Program-made: the position numbers and the translations under genes
The notes under the pieces: model-generated
The model's input: the letters and a program-made list of their open reading frames with translations, nothing else
Told to the model about the DNA's origin: nothing
The model's database searches: none
Assembly: GCA_964016885.1 (NCBI GenBank)
Contig: OZ024747.1
Span: 30,566,001-30,630,000, forward strand
DNA: 64,000 nt
Direction of reading: 5' to 3'
Source of the DNA: Eledone cirrhosa
Taxonomy: Eukaryota
Shown here: in pieces, positions 51,010-64,000 of the stretch
Numbering within the stretch: the stretch's first letter is position 1
How the letters are laid out: the number at the start of each line of letters is the position of its first letter

Positions 51010-52800
51010 CGGCAATGAATTAGTTTTTGATATGAAATCGTGTGTCGAAACAATGAGGGAGCAGCCATAGCTGGTGACGTTGCCAACCCATTTATGGTAT
51101 GATGGGAAAGGAGACTCAAAGATCTCCTTGATGAGAGCTCCATAGACCTCATCATGTACTCTCATTACGTAGACGACATCAATACAGTAATAAGGACATC
51201 CCCACAAGAGAGCACTAACAAGTTTGATTTAGAATGTAGCACAATGGAAAGCATCCAGCAGATAGCTAATTCCATACACCAGAGTATAACTGTAACTATC
51301 GACTACCCTTCCAAACACCCTAACAATAGACTACCTGTATTAGACACGGAACTCTGGATTAACAATATAGACGAGAGAGCCCAAATTCTCCACTTACACT
51401 ATGCTAAACCCATGGCCTCCAAATACCTGATACTCAAAAACTCAGCAATGTCCAATAGTTCTAAGTTTAATATTCTGATCGCAGACTTGGTATGAGTGAT
51501 GAAGAACGTGTCCCGCATGTGTGACCCAACAGAAATGGAAAGACACATCCAACACTTCATCAACAGCATGCAGTTCTCTGGCTACAACCAAAGAGACAGA
51601 ATCAGAACATACGAAGGAGCCACGGAAAAGTATAAGACCCTCATAGAACTGGACATGAAAGGAATTTGCCCATTATACAGGAGCAAATCATGGAATAGCT
51701 TAGATAGGACTAGACATAAGATAGGGAAAGCTACCTCATGGTATGACAACCTGAGATACCGGAGTGTCATGTTTGTGGATGCTACCCCTGGAGGGAAATT
51801 AGCTAACCAGTGTAGAAAGGCCCTAAGAAAGACCCACTTAAAGATTAAGGTGGTAGAAAAGCCAGGAACCACCATAAAATCCCTGATCAGCAAAACCTAC
51901 CCTTTTAAGAAAACCCATGGTACTAATGGGAAATGTATCATATGTAAAGTAAATCCCCGGATAAACTGTAAAACTAGAAACGTAGTCTATAGCATAAGAT
52001 GTACAGAGGGTACTTGCAGAAACATGACAACAACATACATAGGCGAAACAGCTCGTAGCATAGGTGAAAGGATAGACCAACACTGGGGGGAACTAAAAGG
52101 ACGAAAAAACGGTTCAGTACTATACGAACATGCTAAACAACAACACGACGGTAACATAGACAACAGAGAAATTAGAATAATATCTAAACATAGAAATGAC
52201 CCAGCAGATAGGCAAATCAGAGAGGCCAGCGAAATAGAACTTAGAAGGCCAAGACTAAACAGAAAAAAATGAATGGAATAACAAGAACACCCAAACAAAC
52301 AACACTGACCTAAGAGAAGTATAAATAAATAAATAAATACATACACAAGCACAACAAACACATATAAACACACACTAGTAAAGATAGAATACAATAACCA
52401 ATACACAGTCACCCAAACACGAACACACATCAAACAAAACACTATAAACACATGCAAACGCATGCGCAGAGAAGACAAAAAAAATAAACAAATAAATAAA
52501 TAAATAAACAGATTAAATAAAGATGGCGTAAGCATACAATACAACGGTAGGAAACATAATAGCACCACTGACGATGTTGCAGATGTGCGACGAAAGAACT
52601 TTGTTAGACAATATATATGTGTTTGTGTCTATATTGTATCTGTATTTTTGACCGTTGGTCAGTCATTGGCAACATTGAGGACCGAATAAATTAGATTAAC
52701 CGATATAAAAGACACAGAAGCGAAAACCAACCAAACAGTGAGTGTGTTCTATTATTAATTCTGGCAATATTACACAAATATGACCCTCCCCAAGTATAAC
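51010..52800 (+). mobile_element. 5'-truncated PLE (RT C-half, Cys-rich linker, GIY-YIG, 3' repeat)
   Basis: YVDDI, LPVLD, CIIC..CKTRNVVYSIRC..YIGETARSIGERIDQH, RQIREA. Decayed hammerhead CTGACGA..GAAA at 52568-52595. (TA)n flanks. Confidence 0.9.
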
Positions 52801-52845
52801 AATATATATATATATACACACACACACATATATATATATATATAT

Positions 52846-54005
52846 TGGTTAATTATTTGTGTTAGTTTTATAACATCTAGTCGAGAGCTTATCATGATGA
52901 TTAGCGGAAATTAAAATATTTCCATTCGCTAGCATTTGAATTGACCCGCCAAAAACCGGGGGTTATTTCCGTTGCCGGAATTAACACGTGATAACTATAG
53001 ATACGATTAGCAGCCATACGAGCGGCAACATATTTTATCACTCCTGGTTCTAAGCAGAACGAAAACCTGTTGATAAACTGAGTCCTCTGTTCAGTCACCA
53101 ATACCACGATCTTGCCATTCAAGTAAGTCTGATATTTGATTTCGGATTCAGAGAAACACTTTAAACGTATGCCCGTTTGATTTGTCCAGGTGTATTTTTC
53201 TCAACCTGATTAGTTCTATCGTTCCTTTGGTATATATTGTGTGTTAGTTTCGCCTACCACAATGTTCGATTTGTCAGGCTATTTAAATGTATGTTATAAC
53301 TCTGAGACCTATCTTATTGAGTGCTTTGCTAACTCATCATTTCATATAAGTAGGCCGAATTTACTTGCAAACCGCCAGAGATTCGATTTTACTGATTTCC
53401 AATTATATTAATCTCCTAGATTTAATAATTAACCAATTAATTTAATTGGAAAATTCTGTTGATTGGTTAATTATTTGTGTTAGTTTTATAACATCTAGTC
53501 GAGAGCTTATCATGATGATTAGCGGAAATTAAAATATTTCCATTCGCTAGCATTTGAATTGACCTGCCAAAAACCGGGGGTTATTTCCGTTGCAGGAATT
53601 AACACGTGATAACTATAGATACGATTAGCAGCCATACGAGCGGCAACATATTTTATCACTCCTGGTTCTAAGCAGAACGAAAACCTGTTGATAAACTGAG
53701 TCCTCTGTTCAGTCACCAATACCACGATCTTGCCATTCAAGTAAGTCTGATATTTGATTTCGGATTCAGAGAAACACTTTAAACGTATTCCCGTTTGATT
53801 TGTCCAGGTGTATTTTTCTCAACCTTTGGTATATATTGTGTGTTAGTTTCGCCTACCACAATGTTCGATTTGTCAAGCTATTTAAACGTATGTTATAACT
53901 CTGAGACCTATCTTATAGAGTGCTTTGCTAACTCATCATTTCATATAAGTGGGACGAATTTACTTGCAAACCGCCAGAGATTCGATTTTACTGATTTCCA
54001 ATTAT
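52846..54005. repeat. ~560-bp tandem duplication
   Basis: 52846-53408 versus 53463-54005; copy 1 has an extra ~19 bp. Confidence 0.9.
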
Positions 54006-54009
54006 ATAT

Positions 54010-56874
54010 ATATAGATTTCTACCCATCTATCACTCAGACCCTTTTAGCGAAAGCTTTAAATTTCGCTAGAAGGTTTACTAATATCTCCGATATTGAAGA
54101 GAATGTCATCTTGCACGCTAGAAACACTCTACTCTTTACTGATAATGACACTTGGGTAAAAATATCTAACCCAGAAAACCCATTCGATGTCTCAATGGGC
54201 TCTTATGACAGTGCTGATGTTTGTGATTTGGTCGGCCTATTCTTCCTACACACACTTAAAGAAAAATTTCATAACCATATTTTTGGGCTTTATCGCGACG
54301 ATGGTCTAATACTTTCCCATACCACCATAGGCCATAACTTAGATAGATTAAGGAAAGACTTAATAAAAACCTTCGCTAGTTTTAATCTTAAAATTACTAT
54401 TGACACTAACCTTTCCAATGTAGATTTCCTAGATATAAACCTAGATTTGCCTACTGCTTCTTATAAACCATACCATAAACCTAATGAAAACTTAAAATAT
54501 ATAAATAAAGGCTCTTGCCATCCTCCTATAGTTTTTAAAAACCTTATCCCTAATATTAGCCGTAGGATCTCCACCCTCTCTTCCTCAGAAGCTATTTTTA
54601 ATAAGGCATCCCCCTACTATAATAAAGCCCTCCAAAATAGCGGTTTTAGCGAACCGATTAAATACATACCCAACTATACTAACTCTATTAAACAAAAACA
54701 GGAAAAGAAAAATAATCTGGTTCACCCCCCCCCTACTCTCTAGCAGTTAAAACTAATGTAGGCAAAAAATTCCTAGAGCTCCTAGATAAACATTTCCCTA
54801 GAACACATAGATACTATAAGATCTTTAATAGAAACTGTGTCAAAATTAGCTATTCCTGCGGCCCCCCTATTAAGTTCTATATCATCAACAAAAAATCACC
54901 TAGAGAACATCAAAATTGCTCCTGTAGAATCAAAAGTGAATGCCCATTACAAGGTAAATGCAACACCAAAGCCATTGTATATGCGGCTAAAGTGACAACC
55001 ATCAGCAACAACCATCCAGCCACCAGTGAACAATATGTGGGTATGATGCAAGACAAATTCAAAACGCGTTATTACTCACATGTCGCATCCTTTCGACATC
55101 CCGATAAAAGATTTACAACAGCTCTGGCTAGCAGAATATGGGATTTGAAAGACCAAGGTATCCAATATAAATTGGATTGGTCAATTTTGAACCAATCTAA
55201 AGAATATGCAAGAGGAGGAGAAAATGCACGCTCTGCATAAATGAAAAAATTGGATCTTGCAAAATCTAAAATCACCAAAGACCTGCCTGAACACAAAGAC
55301 GGAAATTTTCACCAGTTGCCCACACATGAAATCACACCTGCTTTCCAGCTCATATAAACTTAACACACTTTCAGATACTTATCCTCCATAAACTCTTATT
55401 ATTCTCTTTATAACTACCCTTTCTGATTTAATTTCATTTTTATCCTTATTATTAATTTCATTTTTATTTTTATTTTTATTTTTATTTTTATTTTTATATT
55501 TTTTTATAACCCCCCCCCCTTTATTCTCCGATTCACTTACCTAATATCTTCACTTTCCACTTTTTACTTCCCTATTTTCTTCACTAACTGATTACACATG
55601 TCACTTGCGTTTTCCACTCCAGATATATTTTTTTAAAATTTTTTTATTTATTTTTTTTTTTTTCGCAGCCAATCTTATAATTTTATATTTGTACTTACTT
55701 ATCCACAAGTTTTTTACACCCTGTATCTCTGTGTCTGAACGCCTTAATGTGTGTATACTTTCTATATATTTACACGAGCGCCTCCGTATGTGCGCGCGCG
55801 TGCGTGTATATATATATATATGTGTATGTATATGTGTTTTTACATCTATGTTTATTTATTTGTTTTTTTCTTCTTCCTTTTTTTTACATCCTCATTTTTA
55901 TGCGTGTGCAGGCAAACAGGTCAATATGCGTGAGTGTATGTGTGTGTGTGTACGTACCGAATGTATGGATGTGTAAGTGTCCGTGTGTATATAAGCATGT
56001 ATATTTTTGTGTGTGTGTGTGCGAGTGTGTATACAGTCGCGTGCGTGCGCGTGATTAGATATACATGGGGCGAGGCGTATATGCGTATATATGTGCATCC
56101 TGTGTGTGTAGATGTGCTTGCATACGCTTTTGTCTGCACGTTTTTTGCGTGTATATATATATATATTTCTTATAGATATACGTTTCTTGTAGATATACGT
56201 GTGTGTGTACCTTGTTTGTCTTCTTTTCTTTAATTTTTTCTTTCTAAATTATTGTTCCCTTTTTATAAATATATCGAGAATGATACTTTCTTTTAATTAT
56301 TACACTCCCTTACCTCTTTTACTTCCGCATATAAGTGTACGTGCGTGTGGGTGTGTTTATACACGTGCCTTCATATTCTTATAATGTATCTATTACCCTA
56401 TTTTTTCTGTGTACCTGCCAAACAGAAAACCACATCATGTATGTCTGTAGTTTACAGATACACAGATACACTTGCCCTAACACATATATTTACGCACACT
56501 TTTTCACTATACGTATACATTTGTACATATACATATATGTACATCTGTGAGCGTATATACATACATATACACACACCTAACTATATTTCTTGAAAGATTT
56601 TATATAATTCATACGGCTATTGTAATTCATTTGTCTATATTTATATAATTCTTTTTGCTTTTCTTGATGAGACTTTCCAAGTATTTAGCCATGTTTTATA
56701 ATGCCTCGTCTGACGAACGAATGAAGACGTTTCTTTCGTATTCGCCTCATTCGGGAAACCTCTGGTAATGAGGTAATTATATTGTATTGATTTTTATACA
56801 TTAAATTTTGCTCTGGTACTTACATAGAGCACTCTTCACTCCTATGACCTTTTCAACTTTCAACGGAAATTTCA

Positions 56875-56880
<6 letters not shown>
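54010..56880 (+). mobile_element. 5'-truncated PLE resembling the Hydra clade, with long 3' region and HHR-bearing end
   Basis: DFYPSI, MGSYDSA, YRDDG, FLDI, linker CSCRIKSECPLQGKC..VY, YVG, RY..H..SF, frameshifted CTLCINEK, terminal SCPH. Clade assignment is from memory. Confidence 0.88.
56704..56773 (+). ncRNA. Type I hammerhead ribozyme motif
   Basis: cctcgt-CTGACGA-acgaatga..tcattcgg-GAAA-cctctgg-TA-atgagg. Confidence 0.85.
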
Positions 56881-56945
<65 letters not shown>

Positions 56946-56947
<2 letters not shown>

Positions 56948-57235
56948 TATTGAAGTTTCCGTTGAAAGTTGAAAAAGTCATAGGAGTGAAGAGTGCTCTA
57001 TGTAAGTACCAGAGCAAAATTTAATGTATAATAAACAATACAATATAATTACCTGATTACCAGAGGTTTCCCGAATAAGACGAATACGAAAAAAACGTCC
57101 TCATTCGTTCGTCGGACAAGGTAATACAAGATATTACCTTGTGAGACGAACGAATGAGGACGTTTTTTTTAGACGTCTTATTATGGAAACATCTGGTAAT
57201 GAGGTAATTATATTGTATTGTTTATTATACATTAT
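56946..57235. repeat. Inverted copy and a further direct partial copy of the HHR-bearing repeat
   Basis: 56946-57125 is the reverse complement of 56700-56878 (core CCGACGA). 57133-57235 is a direct copy (core GAGACGA). Confidence 0.88.
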
Positions 57236-57258
57236 ATATATATATGTGTGTGTATATA

Positions 57259-57295
<37 letters not shown>

Positions 57296-57324
57296 ATATA
57301 TATATACACACACATATATATATA

Positions 57325-57894
57325 CACTGCCAATACAGAGGAACAAGGCAACAACACACACACACTCAAGCGAGACAACAACGCACGCACGCGCACACAG
57401 TAACATACAACATACAGGCAGAGAATGGACTGACAGCTAGCGCCACCTCACCTTCACAATTAAAAGAACTACTTCGGCCGCTGAACGACCCCATTTCACG
57501 CGCACGCGCGATCTGTTGAATACATCAGATATTTAAAAAAACGAACAGCGGAGGACACGTTTCGCACCTTTCCGACAGACAATCATTACCCCACCCCGGA
57601 AAAAACCCACAGTTGATGCATGTGAATCTGAAATACATAGGGACAATTAAATCTCTCCCAAGTTAACTCTCTCTCGTGTTGTTAGTTTTATTTTTATCCT
57701 TTATGCTCTTTCCTTCATTCCTCTACACGTCTGATACATGCTACGCATCTCAACGTACACCCACTTACATCTCTTTCTCCACCACCGGATCTTGTTACCC
57801 GGAGATTTACACATTTGCATTGTCGAAGCTTCCAGAGGACTTAAAGAAATTTAACTTATTATTCCACAACGTTTCAAGCAAACTATAATACTCT

Positions 57895-57898
<4 letters not shown>
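57325..57898 (+). mobile_element. Diverged 3' UTR plus pLTR of the 39-43 kb PLE family
   Basis: Homologous to 39170-39510 (reverse complement) and 42451-42925. Ends actctctta followed by (TA)n. Confidence 0.9.
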
Positions 57899-57939
<41 letters not shown>

Positions 57940-57974
57940 GTTTGAATTTGTAAAGCCAAAACAATGCACATAGA

Positions 57975-60900
57975 ATAAACACACACCACATAGATAACCT
58001 AGCACACATCACATACACACACCACACAGATACCCTACAACACATCACATACACACACCACACAGATACCCTAGCACACATCACATACACACACCACATA
58101 GATACTCTAGCACACATCACATACACACACCACATAGATACCCTAGCACACATCACATACACACCACACAGATACCCTAGCACACATCACACAGATACCC
58201 TAACACACATCACATACACACACCACACAGATACCCTAGCACATATCACATACACACACCACATAGATACCCTAGCACACATCACATACACATACCACAC
58301 AGATACCCTAGCACACATAACATACACACACCACACAGATACACTAGCACACACAACTACACACACCACATTGATACCCTAGTACACATCACATACACAC
58401 ACCACCCAGATACCCTAACACACCACACATATACCCTACAACACATCACATACACACACCACACAGATACCCTAACACGCATCACATACGCACACCACCT
58501 ATACCCCATCACACATCACATACCACACAGACACCCTAGCACACATCACAAACACACACAGCACAGATACCCTAGCACACCTCACATACACACACCACAT
58601 AGATACCCTAGCACACATCACATAGATACCCTAGCACACATCACATAAACACACCACATAGATACCCTAGCACACATCACATAGATACCCTAACACACAT
58701 CACATACACCAACCACATAGATACCCTAGCACACATCACATAGATACCCTAGCACACATCACATACACACACCACATAGATACCCTAACACACATCACAT
58801 ACACACACCACACAGATACCCGAGTACACATCACATACACACAGATACCCTAGCACACATCACATACACACACCACATAGATACCCTAGCACACATCACA
58901 TACACACACCACACAGATACCCTAGCACACATCACATACACACACCACATAGCTACCCTAGCACACATAACATACACACAGATACAAAGATACCCTAACA
59001 CAGATCATATACACACACCACACAGATACCCTAGCACACATCACATACACACACCACACAGATACCCTAGCACACATCACATACACACACCACACAGATA
59101 CCCTAGCACACATCACATACACACACCACATAGATACTCTAGCACACATCACATACACACACCACATAGATACCCTAGCACACATCACATACACACCACA
59201 CAGATACCCTAGCACACATCACACAGATACCCTAACACACATCACATACACACACCACACAGATACCCTAGCACATATCACATACACACACCACATAGAT
59301 ACCCTAGCACACATCACATACACATACCACACAGATACCCTAGCACACATAACATACACACACCACACAGATACACTAGCACACACAACTACACACACCA
59401 CATTGATACCCTAGTACACATCACATACACACACCACCCAGATACCCTAACACACCACACATATACCCTACAACACATCACATACACACACCACACAGAT
59501 ACCCTAACACGCATCACATACGCACACCACCTATACCCCATCACACATCACATACCACACAGACACCCTAGCACACATCACAAACACACACAGCACAGAT
59601 ACCCTAGCACACCTCACATACACACACCACATAGATACCCTAGCACACATCACATAGATACCCTAGCACACATCACATAAACACACCACATAGATACCCT
59701 AGCACACATCACATAGATACCCTAACACACATCACATACACCAACCACATAGATACCCTAGCACACATCACATAGATACCCTAGCACACATCACATACAC
59801 ACACCACATAGATACCCTAACACACATCACATACACACACCACACAGATACCCGAGTACACATCACATACACACAGATACCCTAGCACACATCACATACA
59901 CACACCACATAGATACCCTAGCACACATCACATACACACACCACACAGATACCCTAGCACACATCACATACACACACCACATAGCTACCCTAGCACACAT
60001 AACATACACACAGATACAAAGATACCCTAACACAGATCATATACACACACCACACAGATACCCTAGCACACATCACATACACACACCACACAGATACCCT
60101 AGCACACATCACATACACACACCACACAGATACCCTAGCACACATCACATACACACACCACATAGATACCCTAGCACACATCACATACACACAGATACGA
60201 AGATACCCTAACACACATCACATTCACACACCACACAGATACCCTAGCACACATCATATACACACACCACATAGATACCCTAGCACACATCACATACACA
60301 CAGATCCAAAGATACCCTAGCACACATCACATTCAAACACCACATAGATACCCTAGCACACATCACATACACACAGATACAAAGATACCCTAGCACGCAT
60401 CACATTCACACACCACACAGATACCCTAGCACACATCACATACACACAGCACAAAGATACCCTAGCACACACAACATACACACACCACACAGAAACACTA
60501 ACATACCACACAGATACCCTAACCCACATCTAATACACACACCACACAGATACCCTAGCACACATCACATACACACACCACATAGATACTCTAGCACACA
60601 TCACATACACACACCACACAGATACCCTAGCACACATAACATACACACACCACATAGATACCCTAGCACACATCACATACACACACCACACAGATACCCT
60701 AACACACATAACATACACACACCACATAGATACCCGACAACACATCACATACACACACCACATAGATACCCTAACACACATCACATACACACACCACATA
60801 GATACCCTAGCACACATCACATACACACACCACACAGATACCCTAGCACACATAACATACACACACCACATAGATACCCTAGCACACATCACATACACAC

Positions 60901-63900
60901 ACCACACAGATACCCTAACACACATAACATACATACAGCACATAGATACCCTAGCACACATCACATACACACACCACACAGATACCCTAGCACACATCAC
61001 ATACACACATCACATAGATACCCTAGCACACATCACATACACACAGATACAAAGATACCCTAGCACACATCACATTCACACACCACACAGATACCCTAGC
61101 ACACATCACATACACACAGCACAAAGATACCCTAGCACACATCACATACACACACCACACAGAAACACTAACATACCACACAGATACCCTAACCCACATC
61201 TAATACACACACCACACAGATACCCTAGCACACATCACATTCACACACCACACAGATACCCTAACACAGATCATATACACACACCACACAGATACCCTAG
61301 CACACATCACATACACACACGACATAGCTACCCTAGCACACATAACATACACACACCACATAGATACCCTAGCACACATCACATAGATACCCTAGCACAC
61401 ATCACATAGATACCCTAGCACACATCACATACACACAGATACAAAGATACCCTAACACACATCACATTCACACACCACACAGATACCTGAGCACACATCA
61501 CATACACACACCACACAGATACTCTAACACAGATCACATACACACACCACACAGATACCCTAGCACACATCACATACACACACCACACAGATACCCTAGC
61601 ACACCTCACATACACACACCACATAGATACCCTAGCACACAGCACTTACACACACCACACAGAAACCCTAACATACCACACAGATACCCTAGCACACATC
61701 ACATACACACACCACATAGATACCCTAGCACACCTCACATACACACACCACACAGATACCCTAACACACATCACATTCACACACCACACAGATACTCTAA
61801 CACAGATCACATACACACACCACATAGATACCCTAGCACACCTCACATACACACACCACATAGATACCCTAGCACACCTCACATACACACACCACACAGA
61901 TACCCATGCACACATCACATACACACACCACACAGATACCCTAACACACATAACATACACACACCACATAGATACCCGACGACACATCACATACACACAC
62001 CACATAGATACCCTAGCACACATCACAAAGATACCCTAACACACATCACATACACACACCACATAGATACCCTAACACACATCACATACACACACCACAT
62101 AGATACCCTAGCACACATCACAAAGATACCCTAACACACATCACATACACACACCACATAGATACCCTACAACACATCACATACACACACCACATAGATA
62201 CCCTAGCACACATCACATCACATACACACACCACATAGATACCCTAGCACACATCACATACACACAGCACACATCACATACACACACCACATAGCTACCC
62301 TAGCACACACCACATAGATACCCTAGCACACATCACATACACACACCACATAGATACCCTAGCACACATCACATACACACAGCACACATCACATACACAC
62401 ACCACACAGATACCCGACGACACATCACATACACACACCACATAGATACCCGACGACACATCACATACACACACCACATAGATACCCTAACACACATCAC
62501 ATACACACACCACATAGATACCCTAGCACACATCACAAAGATACCCTAACACACATCACATACACACACCACATAGATACCCTACAACACATCACATAGA
62601 CACACCACATAGATACCCTAGCACACATCACATACACACACCACACAGATACCCTAGTACACATAACATACACACACCACATAGATACCCTAGCACACAT
62701 CACATACACACACCACACAGATACCCTAGCACACATCAGATACACACACCACACAGATACCCTAGCACACATCACATACACACACCACACAGATACCCTA
62801 GCACACATCACATACACACACCACACAGATACTCTAACACAGATCACATACACACACCACACAGATACCCTAGCACACCTCACATACACACACCACACAG
62901 ATACCCATGCACACATCACATACACACACCACATAGATACCCTAGCACACATCACATACACACACCACACCGATACCCCAACACACATCACATACACACT
63001 CTAGCACACATCACATACACACAGCACACAGATACGCTAACATACATCACATAGATACCGTAACAGACATCACATACACACACCACACAGATACCCTAGC
63101 ACACATAACATACACACACCACATAGATACCCTAGCACACATAACATACACACACCACATAGATACCCTAGCACACATCACATTCACACACCACATAGAT
63201 ACCCTACCACACATCACATACACACACCACATAGATACCCTAGCACACATCACATTCACACACCACACAGATACCCTAACACACATCACATACACACACC
63301 ACATAGATACCCTAGCACACATCACATACACACACCACATAGATAACCTAGCTCACATCACATTCACACACCACACAGATACCCTAACACAAATCATATA
63401 CACACACCACATAGATACTCTAGCACACATCACATACACACACCACATAGATACCCTAACACACATAACATACACACACCACATAGATACCCTAGCACAC
63501 ATCACATACACACACCACATAGATACTCTAGCACACATCACATACACACACCACATAGATACCCTAGCACACATCACATACACACACCACACAGAAACCC
63601 TAACATACCACACAGATACCCTAACCCACATCAAATACACACACCACACAGATACCCTAGCACACATCACATACACACACCACATAGATACCCTAACACA
63701 CATCACATACACACACCACATAGATACCCTAGCACACATCACATACACACACCACATAGATACCCTAACACACATCACATACACACACCACATAGCTCCC
63801 CTAGCACACATCACATACACACACCACATAGATACCCTATAACACATCACATACATACACCACATAGATACCCTAGCACACATCACATACAAACACCACA

Positions 63901-64000
63901 TAGATACCCTAACACACATCACATACACACACCACACAGATACCCGAGTACACATCACATACACACACCACACAGATACCCTAGCACACATCACATACAC
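57975..64000. repeat. 36-bp CA-rich satellite (>6 kb, runs off window)
   Basis: Unit cacacatcacatacacacaccacaYagataccctag, giving the 12-aa periodicity of the spurious ORFs. Confidence 0.97.

Noticed and set aside
51493-51495. In-frame TGA in a second PLE
   Set aside because: The context DLV*VMKN fits an Arg (CGA) lost by CpG decay.
53949-54010. N-terminus of the 264-aa ORF
   Set aside because: Chance read-through from the upstream duplication across (TA)n. RT homology starts at DFYPSI.
57896-64000. Cys/Val-rich repetitive ORFs
   Set aside because: Artefact of a 36-bp satellite unit that lacks stops in some frames.

Overview
AT-rich, transposon-saturated eukaryotic (metazoan) DNA with no recognisable host-gene exon. 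The SINE, microsatellite and LINE content suggests an invertebrate, probably an octopus (inference). Contents: R4/Dong and RTE LINE fragments, a DD37D/maT transposon, a deleted mariner, Helitron ends, two tRNA-derived SINE families, SINE-derived and 36-bp satellites, and pieces of several Penelope-like element (PLE) families, one of them near full-length. The main signal is about 15 minimal type-I hammerhead ribozyme (HHR) motifs, intact or decayed, in PLE-type terminal repeats next to (TA)n. Several sit in ORF-less fold-back modules carrying one ribozyme per strand. The best-preserved PLE carries a non-canonical core (CAGUUGA) in all three of its repeat copies. All motifs were read by eye; coordinates may be off by a few bases.
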